DNA of 64,000 bases from Minisyncoccota bacterium. GTDB lineage: Bacteria; Patescibacteriota; Minisyncoccia; Phycocordibacterales; Phycocordibacteraceae. Below are positions 8,451 through 17,478 of the stretch, in pieces. The stretch is from assembly GCA_017991635.1 (NCBI GenBank), contig JAGOQE010000002.1, positions 100,237-164,236 on the forward strand, given 5' to 3'. The notes beneath the pieces were generated by a model. It did no database searches. It saw only the letters and a program-made list of their open reading frames with translations, and was not told the origin of the DNA. The position numbers were made by a program, and so were the translations under genes. How positions within the stretch are numbered: position 1 is the first letter of the stretch; every line of letters starts with the position of its first letter.

Positions 8451-9749
8451 CTACTGAGACTTACCTGATTTTAGGGAAGTAATTACTTCTTCGGCGACTC
8501 GCTCTCCAGACTCAATTGCGCCCTCCATGAATCCATAGCGTTTGGCCGTATGTTCTCCAGAGAAGTGGACTCTACCACTCGACATGCGTAAAAGAGGCTG
8601 TAGTTTTGTGCGGTCATCGCGCTCGAACCAAGGATAGGCCCCTCCAGTATAGGGATCTGCGCCCCAGTAGTACGATGTAACCTCACTTGCTGTCGGCACA
8701 TGGTCACCAAGTGTTGCTTGAAGAACTTTCTGCATCTCAATCTCCTTTGCGCTATCAGGCAAGCTGCTCATGACCTGAGCACGGTCACCCACCGTGTACG
8801 CTATGAGCGCGGCACCATCAGTTTGACCTGGAGTCGCATGGTATATCTGTTGTGGTAGTAAATCAGTCACAATCTCAAATTCGTCGTCATTCCAAAAAGC
8901 TTTCTCAAAGCTGACAGCTGTTTTTAGAATGCGCGCATAGGTCACTTCGTTGAAGGCATCCATTTGTGCTTGAGGTATACCGGGAGACCAGGTAATGTTG
9001 GTCACTGCCAGTGTGGGAATTGCAGCAACAATGGCTTGACCTGTGTACGATGTTCCGTCTTTGCACATTACTGACACTTCATCAGGTTTCTGACGTACTT
9101 CTGTTACTTCAGCATTAAGTACAAGGTTCTCTTCACCCAGCTCCTCAAGCATTGCCTCTGGAAGTCGCTTATTGCCGCCTTGAATAGTGTGAGAACATGC
9201 CTCCTCTCCATCGCCACCTACGGCGTAATCATAGAGGACATCGTATGCGGGAACGAACCGCATGTCTTCGCCGAAATCAGTGCTGCGTATGAGATCAAGG
9301 ATGTTCATATCTCGTACCGATACGTGATGCTGGCCCAAGAAATGCCACCAGTCGATATTTTGTAAACGTTGCACTTCTTCAGGCGTAAGTTCTGGGAAGC
9401 GACGTACAAGCTCCTGCAATTCTTTTTCCCATCCAGTGTTAGCTGTCCATTCCTCTGGCCGGTAGTGTTTCCCTTCGTACATAAGGTGCATGTTGAGCTG
9501 GTGTGGAATAAGTTGAAGGCCGTATTCCTTACAGATTGCTCGCATTCCAAAATCCTTCATCCCTATCCACTCACCACCAAGTTCCACATGTACATTCCCA
9601 ATTTTCTTTGTGTATACACGACCGCCAATACGGTCACGTGCTTCTAGGACTTTTACAGCAAAGCCTTCACGTTTTAAGAGCACAGCAGTGCGTAAACCTG
9701 AAAGACCAGCTCCAAGAATAAGAATTGGTAGTGCCGGGCCTTCAGTCAT
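8451..9749 (-). CDS. FAD-dependent amine oxidase (flavin monoamine oxidase family)
   Basis: 432 aa. N-terminal dinucleotide-binding 'ILILGAGLSGLRTAVLLKREGFAVKVLEARDRIGGRV'. Length and C-terminal FAD-binding 'SGEHT' block typical of amine oxidases. Confidence 0.65.
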   Translation of the reverse strand: MTEGPALPILILGAGLSGLRTAVLLKREGFAVKVLEARDRIGGRVYTKKIGNVHVELGGEWIGMKDFGMRAICKEYGLQLIPHQLNMHLMYEGKHYRPEEWTANTGWEKELQELVRRFPELTPEEVQRLQNIDWWHFLGQHHVSVRDMNILDLIRSTDFGEDMRFVPAYDVLYDYAVGGDGEEACSHTIQGGNKRLPEAMLEELGEENLVLNAEVTEVRQKPDEVSVMCKDGTSYTGQAIVAAIPTLAVTNITWSPGIPQAQMDAFNEVTYARILKTAVSFEKAFWNDDEFEIVTDLLPQQIYHATPGQTDGAALIAYTVGDRAQVMSSLPDSAKEIEMQKVLQATLGDHVPTASEVTSYYWGADPYTGGAYPWFERDDRTKLQPLLRMSSGRVHFSGEHTAKRYGFMEGAIESGERVAEEVITSLKSGKSQ

Positions 9750-10081
9750 ATTTGTTGATTATAGCTTAATTTTTTGGTGCCTCGCTCCGGCTGCTACAAA
9801 ATGAAAGTCGCCCCAAACTCTCGTTTGAGGCTCTCTCATTTGGTGCGCCGGGAAGGAACGCGGATACGCTTTTCGATCCTTACAGCAACGAGTGAGGAAA
9901 AGTGAGTAGTCTTCTAATTACTTTTTCCGAATGAGGCAGATGTATGAAATACAGGATCAGTACACCTTGTGGACATGTCTTGCTCCGCTTCGCCATGTGC
10001 TCACAAGGTTTTCGAATCCTTCCCATTCGCTTCCCAAGCGAACTCCGGCAAGCAAAAATCCTGGCAAGCCAGGATTCTTTG

Positions 10082-10164
10082 TGCGCCGGGAAGGATTCGA
10101 ACCTTCGTAGGCCGAAGCCGACAGGTTTACAGCCTGTTGTAATTGACCACTCTACCACCGACGC
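10082..10164 (-). tRNA. tRNA-Tyr (anticodon GTA), type II with long variable arm; CCA not encoded
   Basis: Reverse complement reads GCGTCGG-TGGTAGAGTGG...ACAGG-CTGTAAA-CCTGT-CGGCTTCGGCCTACG-AAGGTTCGAATCCTTC-CCGGCGC-A. It has a 7-bp acceptor stem, GTA anticodon in a 7-nt loop, long variable arm and TTCGAAT T-loop. Confidence 0.75.
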
Positions 10165-10192
10165 AATGTTTTCGAGTATAGCCTTCTTAGAG

Positions 10193-11446
10193 CTATTTTT
10201 CAATCGCGAGGATTGCAACTTGTTTACCACGACGTAGAAGGGCGAGGCCGTTTGGAAAATCCAGGATAGAAAGGGATGCTTCAGGTCCGTCGCAAGTCTC
10301 TCCGTTCACGGAGACGCCATTTCCTGAAATAAGGCGTTTCGCGTCTGACTTTGAGGCAGACAATCCAGAGGCGACTAGAGCCTCAACAACAGGCCATGCG
10401 TCTCCAAGAGTCGCTCTTGAGACCTTGGTTACAGGCGCCTCCTTGAGGAGTAGTGTCTTTTCCTTGTCGCTCAAGGTATCAAGCTCCCTACCCCCAAAAA
10501 TAGCCTCTGAGACGGCTTCAGCACTCCGTGCCGCCTCTGAGCCGTGGACGATTTCAGTGACCTTCATGGCGAGGATTTTCTGAGCTTCACGGCGTCCTGG
10601 ATTTCGCTTATGGAGCTCGCACAGAGCTGAAATCTCAATAATTGGCATGAAGGTATACACGTATAGGTACTTCTCCACGCTGTCGTCGGGAACGTTGAGC
10701 CAGAACTGGTAGAAGGTGTAGGGAGAGGTTTTTTCGGGGTCTACCCAAACAGCATTACCTTCGCTCTTTCCGAACTTCTTGCCCGAACTGTCGGTGATGA
10801 GTGGGAGCGTAAATGCAAAGGCTTCCTTCCCTTCCTTCTTTCGGATGAGCTCTACGCCTGAGAGAATGTTTGTCCATTGGTCAGAGCCTCCAATCTGCAA
10901 ATCGCATCCGTACTTCTTGTTAAGGACCATGTAGTCGTACCCCTGAAGGAGTGCGTACGTAAACTCGGTAAATGAAATACTCTCGTCAGGGGTGGTGAGA
11001 CGCTTCTTGATAGTCTCGCGCTTGATGAGGTCATTTACAGTGAAGTGCTTGCCGATGTCTCGAAGGAAGTGGAAGAGGTCAATCTTTAAAAGCCAGTCGG
11101 CGTTGTCAACGAGTTTGAATGAGGAGTCACCTAGGAGTCGTTTTAGATTTTTCTTTATGCCAAGCGTGTTGTGCTTGAGCGTCTTTGCGTCCAATAGTGA
11201 GCGCTCGCCCTTCTCGCGAGGGTCGCCAATCATGCCGGTGCCTCCACCAACTATGAAGATGAGCTTATGTCCTGCCTCACCCAAGCGACGCATGAGGAGA
11301 ATTCCTGCAAGGTTTCCAATTTGAGGAGAGTCGGATGAGGGGTCAATGCCGAAGTAGACCGTGCGCTTCTCGCCAAGTATTTTCTCAATATCTGCAGACG
11401 AGTGTTCAACGAGTCCGCGAGCCTTCAAATCGGCAACGAGATTCAT
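10193..11446 (-). CDS. tyrS: Tyrosine--tRNA ligase
   Basis: Class I motifs: HIGH-variant 'PSSDSPQIGNL', KMSKS-variant 'KFGKS', C-terminal S4-like domain. Start is probably at MNLVADLKARGL (the ORF extends to 11488). Confidence 0.85.
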   Translation of the reverse strand: MNLVADLKARGLVEHSSADIEKILGEKRTVYFGIDPSSDSPQIGNLAGILLMRRLGEAGHKLIFIVGGGTGMIGDPREKGERSLLDAKTLKHNTLGIKKNLKRLLGDSSFKLVDNADWLLKIDLFHFLRDIGKHFTVNDLIKRETIKKRLTTPDESISFTEFTYALLQGYDYMVLNKKYGCDLQIGGSDQWTNILSGVELIRKKEGKEAFAFTLPLITDSSGKKFGKSEGNAVWVDPEKTSPYTFYQFWLNVPDDSVEKYLYVYTFMPIIEISALCELHKRNPGRREAQKILAMKVTEIVHGSEAARSAEAVSEAIFGGRELDTLSDKEKTLLLKEAPVTKVSRATLGDAWPVVEALVASGLSASKSDAKRLISGNGVSVNGETCDGPEASLSILDFPNGLALLRRGKQVAILAIEK

Positions 11447-11477
11447 GCTCGTGATTATATCACGGCGCTCCAAAGGC

Positions 11478-13268
11478 TTAGTCAGCAATAAAACCGCCGG
11501 CCTGAATGTTCCAGAGCTTGTGATACAGACCTCCCTCAGTCAGAAGTTCATCGTGTGTGCCGTCAGCAGCAACTCTCCCACCTTCAACGACAAGAATTCT
11601 ATCCATCTTCATGATGGTTGAAAGTCGGTGTGCAATGATGATGACGGTCTTTCCTTCCATTAGTGTCGCCAGCGCGTCTTGGATAAGGTGCTCTGATTCA
11701 GAGTCCAAGCTTGAAGTCGCCTCATCGAGAACGAGAATTGGTGCGTCTTTGAGGATGGCGCGCGCAATAGCTACACGCTGGCGTTCACCGCCTGAGAGCT
11801 TGATACCGCGTTCACCAACAAAAGTCTCGTATCCTTCAGGGAGTTTGCTGATGAACTCGTGGCAGTGTGCCTTCTTTGACGCTTCAATTACTTCCTCGTC
11901 AGTAGCGTCTTGCTTACCGTAGCGAATATTATCCTTAAGAGTTCTATGGAAAAGAATTGGTTCTTGAGGAACAAAGGCAATAGCGCTTCTAAGTGACTCC
12001 TGTGTGATAGCGCGAATGTCGGTGTTATCGATGGTTACAGAGCCACCCGATACGTCATACAAACGAAGAAGGAGTTTCGTTATGGTTGACTTCCCTGCTC
12101 CAGAGGGTCCCACGAGCGCCACTTTCTGACTATCAGGAATAGTGAAGGAAAGGTCTTTGAGTACTGACGCATTCTCACCAAAACCAAACTCAACATTTGA
12201 GAACGTTATCGTTCCCTGCACGCCTACAAGAGTTGAGGCGTGCTCAGTGTCCTGAATGCCGTGAGGCTTCTCCATGATTTCAATCATCTCGTACGCATCA
12301 GCAAAGGCGTCATAGAGCTTGCGCATACTACTTCCCATATTCCAGATACGGTCGATAAGACCAATCATGTAAATCTGAATAAGGACAAAGTCACCGACAC
12401 TCAAAATACCTTCCTTCCAGAGAAAGAGCGCTCCTCCAAGAAGAACGAGTTCAATAAATATAGATAGGATGCCCTGTACGGCATACAGCCACGCATCAGC
12501 GTCCCAAGAAATGTTTGTCGCTTTGCGCCAACGTTCAATTGCTCCAGCAAAAAGGGTGCGTTCACGCTTCTCGGTCGCAAAGAGTGTGATGGTGGAGTGA
12601 TTCGAAACAGCATCAGAAAGGAGGCCGGTCACCTTACTATCTTCCTCAGCACGAATAATACGGAGCGACTGGCGCCAGCGCGTCATCACAAACTGAATCC
12701 AGATAAAGAAAACACACCAGACAAAGAGAACAAAACCAAGGATAGGATTCTTGATTGAGAGAATAGTAATGACTCCAATCGCAAAGAGTGTTGTCGCGTA
12801 GAAGTTGAACGCAAAACTATCAAGAACCTGCTCAAAGGCTCGCGCGTAGCGATTCACCTTTCTGGTGAGTGCTCCTGCAAAGTTAGAGATGAAGAAGTCG
12901 TGGGAGTGCCCAAGCAAGTACCCAAACGCCTTATTGGAAAGATCAGCCATTACCTTTGCCTCAATATGCATGAGGGAAAGCATGCGTATGCGTTGACCCA
13001 CCCAGCCAACAGTCATGGAAAGTCCGAAGAAGCCAAGCACCACAAAGAGAATCTTTAGTGATTCGTTAGTTGGTGAAAGTTTCGCAAGTTGGTCGATAAA
13101 CTCGCCCAAGAAAAGCGGAGCAATGATTCCGGTAATTTCAATAACGAGTCCGCCGACAAGAACGCCAGTGAGAAGCCATGGGTACTTCTTTGCCGCAGTG
13201 AAATACGAAACAAGCACGGGTTTCACCCGTGTCTTTACTTTCTTTTCTTCCATACCCTCGCTCGACAT
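11478..13268 (-). CDS. ABC exporter, fused permease/ATP-binding protein (MsbA-like)
   Basis: 596 aa. 6 TM helices, then Walker A 'GPSGAGKST', signature 'LSGGERQRVAIARA', Walker B 'ILVLDEATS'. Confidence 0.85.
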   Translation of the reverse strand: MSSEGMEEKKVKTRVKPVLVSYFTAAKKYPWLLTGVLVGGLVIEITGIIAPLFLGEFIDQLAKLSPTNESLKILFVVLGFFGLSMTVGWVGQRIRMLSLMHIEAKVMADLSNKAFGYLLGHSHDFFISNFAGALTRKVNRYARAFEQVLDSFAFNFYATTLFAIGVITILSIKNPILGFVLFVWCVFFIWIQFVMTRWRQSLRIIRAEEDSKVTGLLSDAVSNHSTITLFATEKRERTLFAGAIERWRKATNISWDADAWLYAVQGILSIFIELVLLGGALFLWKEGILSVGDFVLIQIYMIGLIDRIWNMGSSMRKLYDAFADAYEMIEIMEKPHGIQDTEHASTLVGVQGTITFSNVEFGFGENASVLKDLSFTIPDSQKVALVGPSGAGKSTITKLLLRLYDVSGGSVTIDNTDIRAITQESLRSAIAFVPQEPILFHRTLKDNIRYGKQDATDEEVIEASKKAHCHEFISKLPEGYETFVGERGIKLSGGERQRVAIARAILKDAPILVLDEATSSLDSESEHLIQDALATLMEGKTVIIIAHRLSTIMKMDRILVVEGGRVAADGTHDELLTEGGLYHKLWNIQAGGFIAD

Positions 13269-13523
13269 ATGTTCTCATCGTAGCATGTATTGACAAATCT
13301 CCACTTTCCACTATGGTTATAAGCACATGAAAAAGTTCTGCGGGAACACCGTGCGCGAAAACGTATCAGCATCACAGATGCTCGATACCTCTTTTGCTTG
13401 CGCACGGCCGCGACTTTTCTCCTAATCAAGACTCAATGTAGAAAAGCCCCGGCTCTGCGGAAGTCCGGGGCTTTCCCCTTTCCGTAGAGTAGCTCTTTAA
13501 CACAAACGCAAAGGAGCCATTCA

Positions 13524-14174
13524 ATGGCTATTATCGTCTACGAAGGAATCAATGTTTCGCTTGGTGTCCTTGAGAAGTGGCACATCACCCACTACTTGCC
13601 GTACATCAATCGTCGACTGAGTATTGAAGGCACGATGCAGCGCGGACCTTACACAGAAGATATGGGTCTCGAGTGGCTCAAATCTCAGCAGGAGAAACGC
13701 GGAAAAAATGAAGTCTTTGCTGTCTATCGTCACGACGATTCTGGTGAAGAACGTCAGTATGTCTATATCGGTAATACTGATCTGCATGACATCAACCGTG
13801 AACACAGCTACGCCACCTCAGGCTCTATGCTCTTCTCGTTTGATGATCAAGGCAAAGGGCTCGGTACGGAGGCAAAACTGCTTCTTCTGTACCATGCCTT
13901 CAGGGTGCTTGGTCTTCGTAAGGTGAATTCCGACGTGAAGGCATTCAATGCCAGGAGCCTCGGACACCTCATCAAGACTGGATACAAAATCATCGGACGT
14001 AGGGAGAAGCATCACCTCCACGACGGTGACTTTGTCGACAATATCTTGCTTGAGATTTTCCGCGACTCTTGGGAGAAAATCTGGGCACGCTACAAAGTAG
14101 ACGGCACGCTTCCGAAACTCACCAAAAAGGAGCGCAGGCGTATCGAAAAAGAAACTAACATCAAAAACAAATAA
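13524..14174 (+). CDS. GNAT-family N-acetyltransferase
   Basis: 216 aa. Acetyl-CoA motif 'QGKGLGTEA' (Q/RxxGxG/A) and RimL-like layout. Confidence 0.55.
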   Translation: MAIIVYEGINVSLGVLEKWHITHYLPYINRRLSIEGTMQRGPYTEDMGLEWLKSQQEKRGKNEVFAVYRHDDSGEERQYVYIGNTDLHDINREHSYATSGSMLFSFDDQGKGLGTEAKLLLLYHAFRVLGLRKVNSDVKAFNARSLGHLIKTGYKIIGRREKHHLHDGDFVDNILLEIFRDSWEKIWARYKVDGTLPKLTKKERRRIEKETNIKNK

Positions 14175-14190
14175 ATGCTCACTTCAACTT

Positions 14191-14213
14191 AAAGCCACCT
14201 TCGGGTGGCTTTC
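14191..14213. terminator. Bidirectional intrinsic terminator between convergent GNAT and phosphotransferase genes
   Basis: Hairpin AAAGCCACC-TTCG-GGTGGCTTT flanked by T/A runs. Confidence 0.5.
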
Positions 14214-14215
14214 TT

Positions 14216-15160
14216 CTACGCGAGTGTTCTGTATTTGTCTGAAAAGTAGAGATACTTCCGATACATGTAAGAAGACGAGAGTTTTCTTACTGTAGAGTCA
14301 GTGTTCAGTCGGTCACAGAAGAATGTTGCCGTGTCAGCAAGCGCGGACTGCGTTGTCCAAAGGTATATTTCACGCATATCCGTGAATGAGTGTATTGCCG
14401 TCGAGTTGTAGCCAGCAATGAAATTATCAAAAGCTTCTTGATTCGGCGCACTCTCGCCGTCTTTAAAAGACCACTCCATCGCGCCGTGCGCTAAGTCTTT
14501 AATAAGTGGACCCATACAGCTCCAGTCAAAGTCAATTACGCCAGAAACGGTCTTAGGGTCAGCGAAGAACACATTCCCTGGTCTGAAGTCGTTGTGAAGC
14601 AAACCATAAGGAGAGGTGGTTTCTTTGGTGAGCTCAAGAATACTTTTGATTTCTTCAATAAGCTGAGCTCCGCCCTCTAAGCTCGTCTCGATTTCGTTTC
14701 TGAGTGTTAACGCGCGCTCAAGTTCACTGTATACCGTCCGAGCTCGAGCGTGCTCAGGAATAAAGTCTTCCCCTGCTTTCGCAATCATTCCGAGCGTCGC
14801 CCCTGCAGTAAAAGTGTGCTCACTAATGGGAACTTCGCCGTCAAAGTTCGCATGATAGCCTTCAACGAAACTAAACATGACGGCAACTTCTCCCTCTACC
14901 GTTTCAACATAGATGTCGCCAGATTTGGTTAAAATCAACTTTGGAACAGGCACGGCCTTCTCTTCGAGAGTTCTAAGTGCCTGGTGTTCAAAATGTATTT
15001 CGGGTACCGAAAGTTTCTTTCCGATACGAAGTATCTTCTTGTTGGTACTTCCTGCCGTGTACACGCGGTTATCACTCGACTCACGTAAGAGAATGCATGG
15101 AGCGTGCTCTGCAAGCTGATACTCAGAAATCACTTTCTCGATTTCATCCATGTGCGTCAT
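14216..15160 (-). CDS. Phosphotransferase-family protein (APH/choline-kinase-like small-molecule kinase)
   Basis: 314 aa. Catalytic 'HNDFRPGNVFF' (HxDxxxxN) and 'IDFDWS' (DFG-equivalent). Confidence 0.6.
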   Translation of the reverse strand: MTHMDEIEKVISEYQLAEHAPCILLRESSDNRVYTAGSTNKKILRIGKKLSVPEIHFEHQALRTLEEKAVPVPKLILTKSGDIYVETVEGEVAVMFSFVEGYHANFDGEVPISEHTFTAGATLGMIAKAGEDFIPEHARARTVYSELERALTLRNEIETSLEGGAQLIEEIKSILELTKETTSPYGLLHNDFRPGNVFFADPKTVSGVIDFDWSCMGPLIKDLAHGAMEWSFKDGESAPNQEAFDNFIAGYNSTAIHSFTDMREIYLWTTQSALADTATFFCDRLNTDSTVRKLSSSYMYRKYLYFSDKYRTLA

Positions 15161-15963
15161 TTAAGAAAATTACTAGCACTCACCTTCTCAAGCTCAGTCC
15201 ACGTCATTTTAGGGTTACGTTTTTTTAATTCCTTAACTAGGTGATACCCAATTGAGTACCCGGACCATTTTGGGAACTTAGTGCTACCGAGTAATACCTG
15301 GTCACTAAGTTTTTTACTTTTTGAGTTTAAATCTGATTCAATTTCCTTAAGCCACTTTTTCGAGTTTGCAAAACTAAGTGCCGTCGCCCATGGGGCAGGC
15401 TTACCACCTACGGCATCTTCTCTAAAATTTTCAGCCAATCCTTCAATCAACATGTTCTGCAATAGCCCGTAGCTTTTGGAAGAATGCATTTTGTAATAGA
15501 TAAGATGATTGTACTCGTGAGCAACTGTCTCCTTAATTGAGAGTAGTGTGTGCTTATTTGGATTTACAAATAAGTGCAAAACATTTGAGTGCGGAGCTAC
15601 CGCATTTACCCCACCAAACTGCTTAGATTCTTCAGTACCAGGAAACCAAGGGAAGACAAAAATATATATAGGAAGCTCCGGATGAGTGAGAAGCTTTACG
15701 CACTTTGTTAAAGTCTGCTCAACAGTAGCCGCAATCTTCACCTTTCTTTCTGGTGATAGACGAGTATATGATTTCGCGTCAAAGTCCCCTAGCCTGCGCA
15801 ATAAGTCCGAGCGAAGGTCCCCGTCTTCCATGTAGCCAGCGAAGTCAATGCTTCCGCTCCTCTGCATTGAAGAGATTAGGATGTCGGCAAAATCTATTGT
15901 CGTTGAGATCTTCCCACTTATGGCTGGAAAGCAGAAATTAATGACGGACTGTTCTTTCCTCAT
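15157..15963 (-). CDS. Putative zinc-dependent peptidase (HExxH; DUF2268-like)
   Basis: 268 aa. 'VAHEYNHLIY' HExxH motif. 4-nt overlap with the downstream kinase suggests an operon. Confidence 0.35.
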   Translation of the reverse strand: MRKEQSVINFCFPAISGKISTTIDFADILISSMQRSGSIDFAGYMEDGDLRSDLLRRLGDFDAKSYTRLSPERKVKIAATVEQTLTKCVKLLTHPELPIYIFVFPWFPGTEESKQFGGVNAVAPHSNVLHLFVNPNKHTLLSIKETVAHEYNHLIYYKMHSSKSYGLLQNMLIEGLAENFREDAVGGKPAPWATALSFANSKKWLKEIESDLNSKSKKLSDQVLLGSTKFPKWSGYSIGYHLVKELKKRNPKMTWTELEKVSASNFLK

Positions 15964-16022
15964 GGTGAATATGATACACGAATTTGTACAGCTAAGGAGT
16001 TGGCAGATTTCAGGAGACTCAG

Positions 16023-16637
16023 CTAAATTTTCCTCGCAATTATGTGAAATAGGTGCCAGTGGTGTGGGTCTCCCAAAGCTGTAGGTGTGTCCTTTTCTTC
16101 TTCTTCAAATTTTATAATCTCCAAGTCGCCAAGTAGGTTTTGCATCTGCTCCCTTGTCTTAAAGTTCATGTCTGACCGTATTGCCCAGGAATCGTTAGGG
16201 CCAAAAAACTGGCCTGTAAAAATACCACCAGCCTGTAGTGACTTCTTAATACTCTCAAAAACATCGTCAATTCTATTAGGATTACAAAAAGAAAGTGCAA
16301 ACTGAGCGTTGACTATACTGTACTCATTTTTTGGAAAAGGAAATTCCTCGAAGGACGAGATTATCGCCGAAGGAATATACTCAAGCACCTTGTCAGAAGA
16401 GTCTACTGAAGTAACTGTATACCCTAACTCTTGAAGGTGGTATGTGTCCCCACTTGCTCCACATCCAAGATCTAAGGCACTGCCTGTCTTATTTGCATAC
16501 TGCAAGGCTTCAACGAGAAGCACTCGAGGTTTGGTGTTCACCTTTTTGTAATACTCCTTCCATTTGTCAGTGCTCATGAGTATGAAAAGTATACCCTGGC
16601 CAGTATTGAGGTGGGCACGGGTCGCTGGTCCAAACAC
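16023..16637 (-). CDS. Class I SAM-dependent methyltransferase
   Basis: 204 aa. Motif I 'ALDLGCGASGD' and small TehB/UbiE-like size. Confidence 0.6.
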   Translation of the reverse strand: MFGPATRAHLNTGQGILFILMSTDKWKEYYKKVNTKPRVLLVEALQYANKTGSALDLGCGASGDTYHLQELGYTVTSVDSSDKVLEYIPSAIISSFEEFPFPKNEYSIVNAQFALSFCNPNRIDDVFESIKKSLQAGGIFTGQFFGPNDSWAIRSDMNFKTREQMQNLLGDLEIIKFEEEEKDTPTALGDPHHWHLFHIIARKI

Positions 16638-16662
16638 ATTGGGCTGGTACTATATAGCTACT

Positions 16663-17181
16663 ATGACGACTGGGAAGGACGCTCTAAATAATATAAATAC
16701 AATTGCTGATCTGTACGCACATTTTTCAGTAAAAAATGATGAGGAGCTTGAAAAAATGTACATGGAGCTTGACCAAAGGCTTATGATGTCAGGTTCTTGG
16801 GATTATAAGAATGAATCATTCTTGACGAATCAAATTGCCAAAGCGATAGAAAAAGTTGGTCTTGAGAATACCACTAATGTAGAGGAAAGGTACTGGCTCC
16901 AGCAAATGGTTTGGTTGTGGTATCACCATGCAATTACCTGTGCAATTGAGAAATACGGTGACGCACAGCAAGCGCTAGAATTTTCTGAAAAGGCACTTCA
17001 GTGGCAACCAAAAAATCATCCAAATAAAATAACCCGCCTTCTTTACCTACTTTTAAAAAATGAAGTTGCGCAAGCTAAGGAGTGGACTGCAACAATAACG
17101 ACCGAACCAGAACGGACAACCTCACTGGCAATTTTAACTTCATATGAAGAAGGTACTTTTTTGAATAAAAGTGAACCTTGA
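16663..17181 (+). CDS. Hypothetical protein (start uncertain; the longer ORF from 16564 overlaps the convergent methyltransferase)
   Basis: ORF only. No motif recognised. Trp/Tyr-rich helical protein. Confidence 0.3.
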   Translation: MTTGKDALNNINTIADLYAHFSVKNDEELEKMYMELDQRLMMSGSWDYKNESFLTNQIAKAIEKVGLENTTNVEERYWLQQMVWLWYHHAITCAIEKYGDAQQALEFSEKALQWQPKNHPNKITRLLYLLLKNEVAQAKEWTATITTEPERTTSLAILTSYEEGTFLNKSEP

Positions 17182-17248
17182 CTTCACTTGCTGTGTGCCA
17201 TAGTCTTCTGAGAGAGTCGTTGAAAATTCAACCAAAGGAGCTCGTTCA

Positions 17249-17416
17249 ATGAACAAGCAACGGTCTACAATTACGCCTCAAAGCCCTCTCTTGTTGAGGA
17301 GGTTAAGGCAGAAGCCTGCCGTGTCGGTTGGTGTCACTGCCAGCCACTTCACTGTGGTGAGTACGCAAGGAAACAGGCCTGAAATGCATGATCAGCAGGA
17401 AGACAGGTACCGATAG
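17249..17416 (+). CDS. Small ORF (55 aa), candidate RiPP/graspetide precursor peptide
   Basis: ATG at 17249 with SD AAAGGAG 8 nt upstream. Encodes MNKQRSTITPQSPLLLRRLRQKPAVSVGVTASHFTVVSTQGNRPEMHDQQEDRYR. Followed by an intrinsic terminator at 17447-17478. 'SPLLLRRL' resembles the PFFARFL leader motif of microviridin precursors, and the C-terminus carries Thr/Ser plus Asp/Glu residues. Confidence 0.3.
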   Translation: MNKQRSTITPQSPLLLRRLRQKPAVSVGVTASHFTVVSTQGNRPEMHDQQEDRYR

Positions 17417-17446
17417 GTACCCTAATTCTCTACTGTTCACGCAAAG

Positions 17447-17478
17447 AACCACCGCGACCTGGGTCGCGGTGGTTTTTC
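17447..17478. terminator. Intrinsic terminator (hairpin + T-run) between the convergent small ORF and ATP-grasp gene
   Basis: AACCACCGCGACC-TGG-GTCGCGGTGGTTTTT. Confidence 0.55.

Noticed and set aside
9841-9935. Possible second tRNA ending ...CCGGCGCACCA
   Set aside because: Only the last about 15 nt (T-stem 3' half + acceptor 3' half + CCA) are present. No matching 5' acceptor strand, D-arm or anticodon arm can be formed, so this is a fragment or att-like duplicate, not a gene.
9880-10237. ORFs 9880..10230 (-) and 9944..10237 (+)
   Set aside because: They overlap the tRNA-Tyr gene and hairpin-rich filler. No SD. Low-complexity products.
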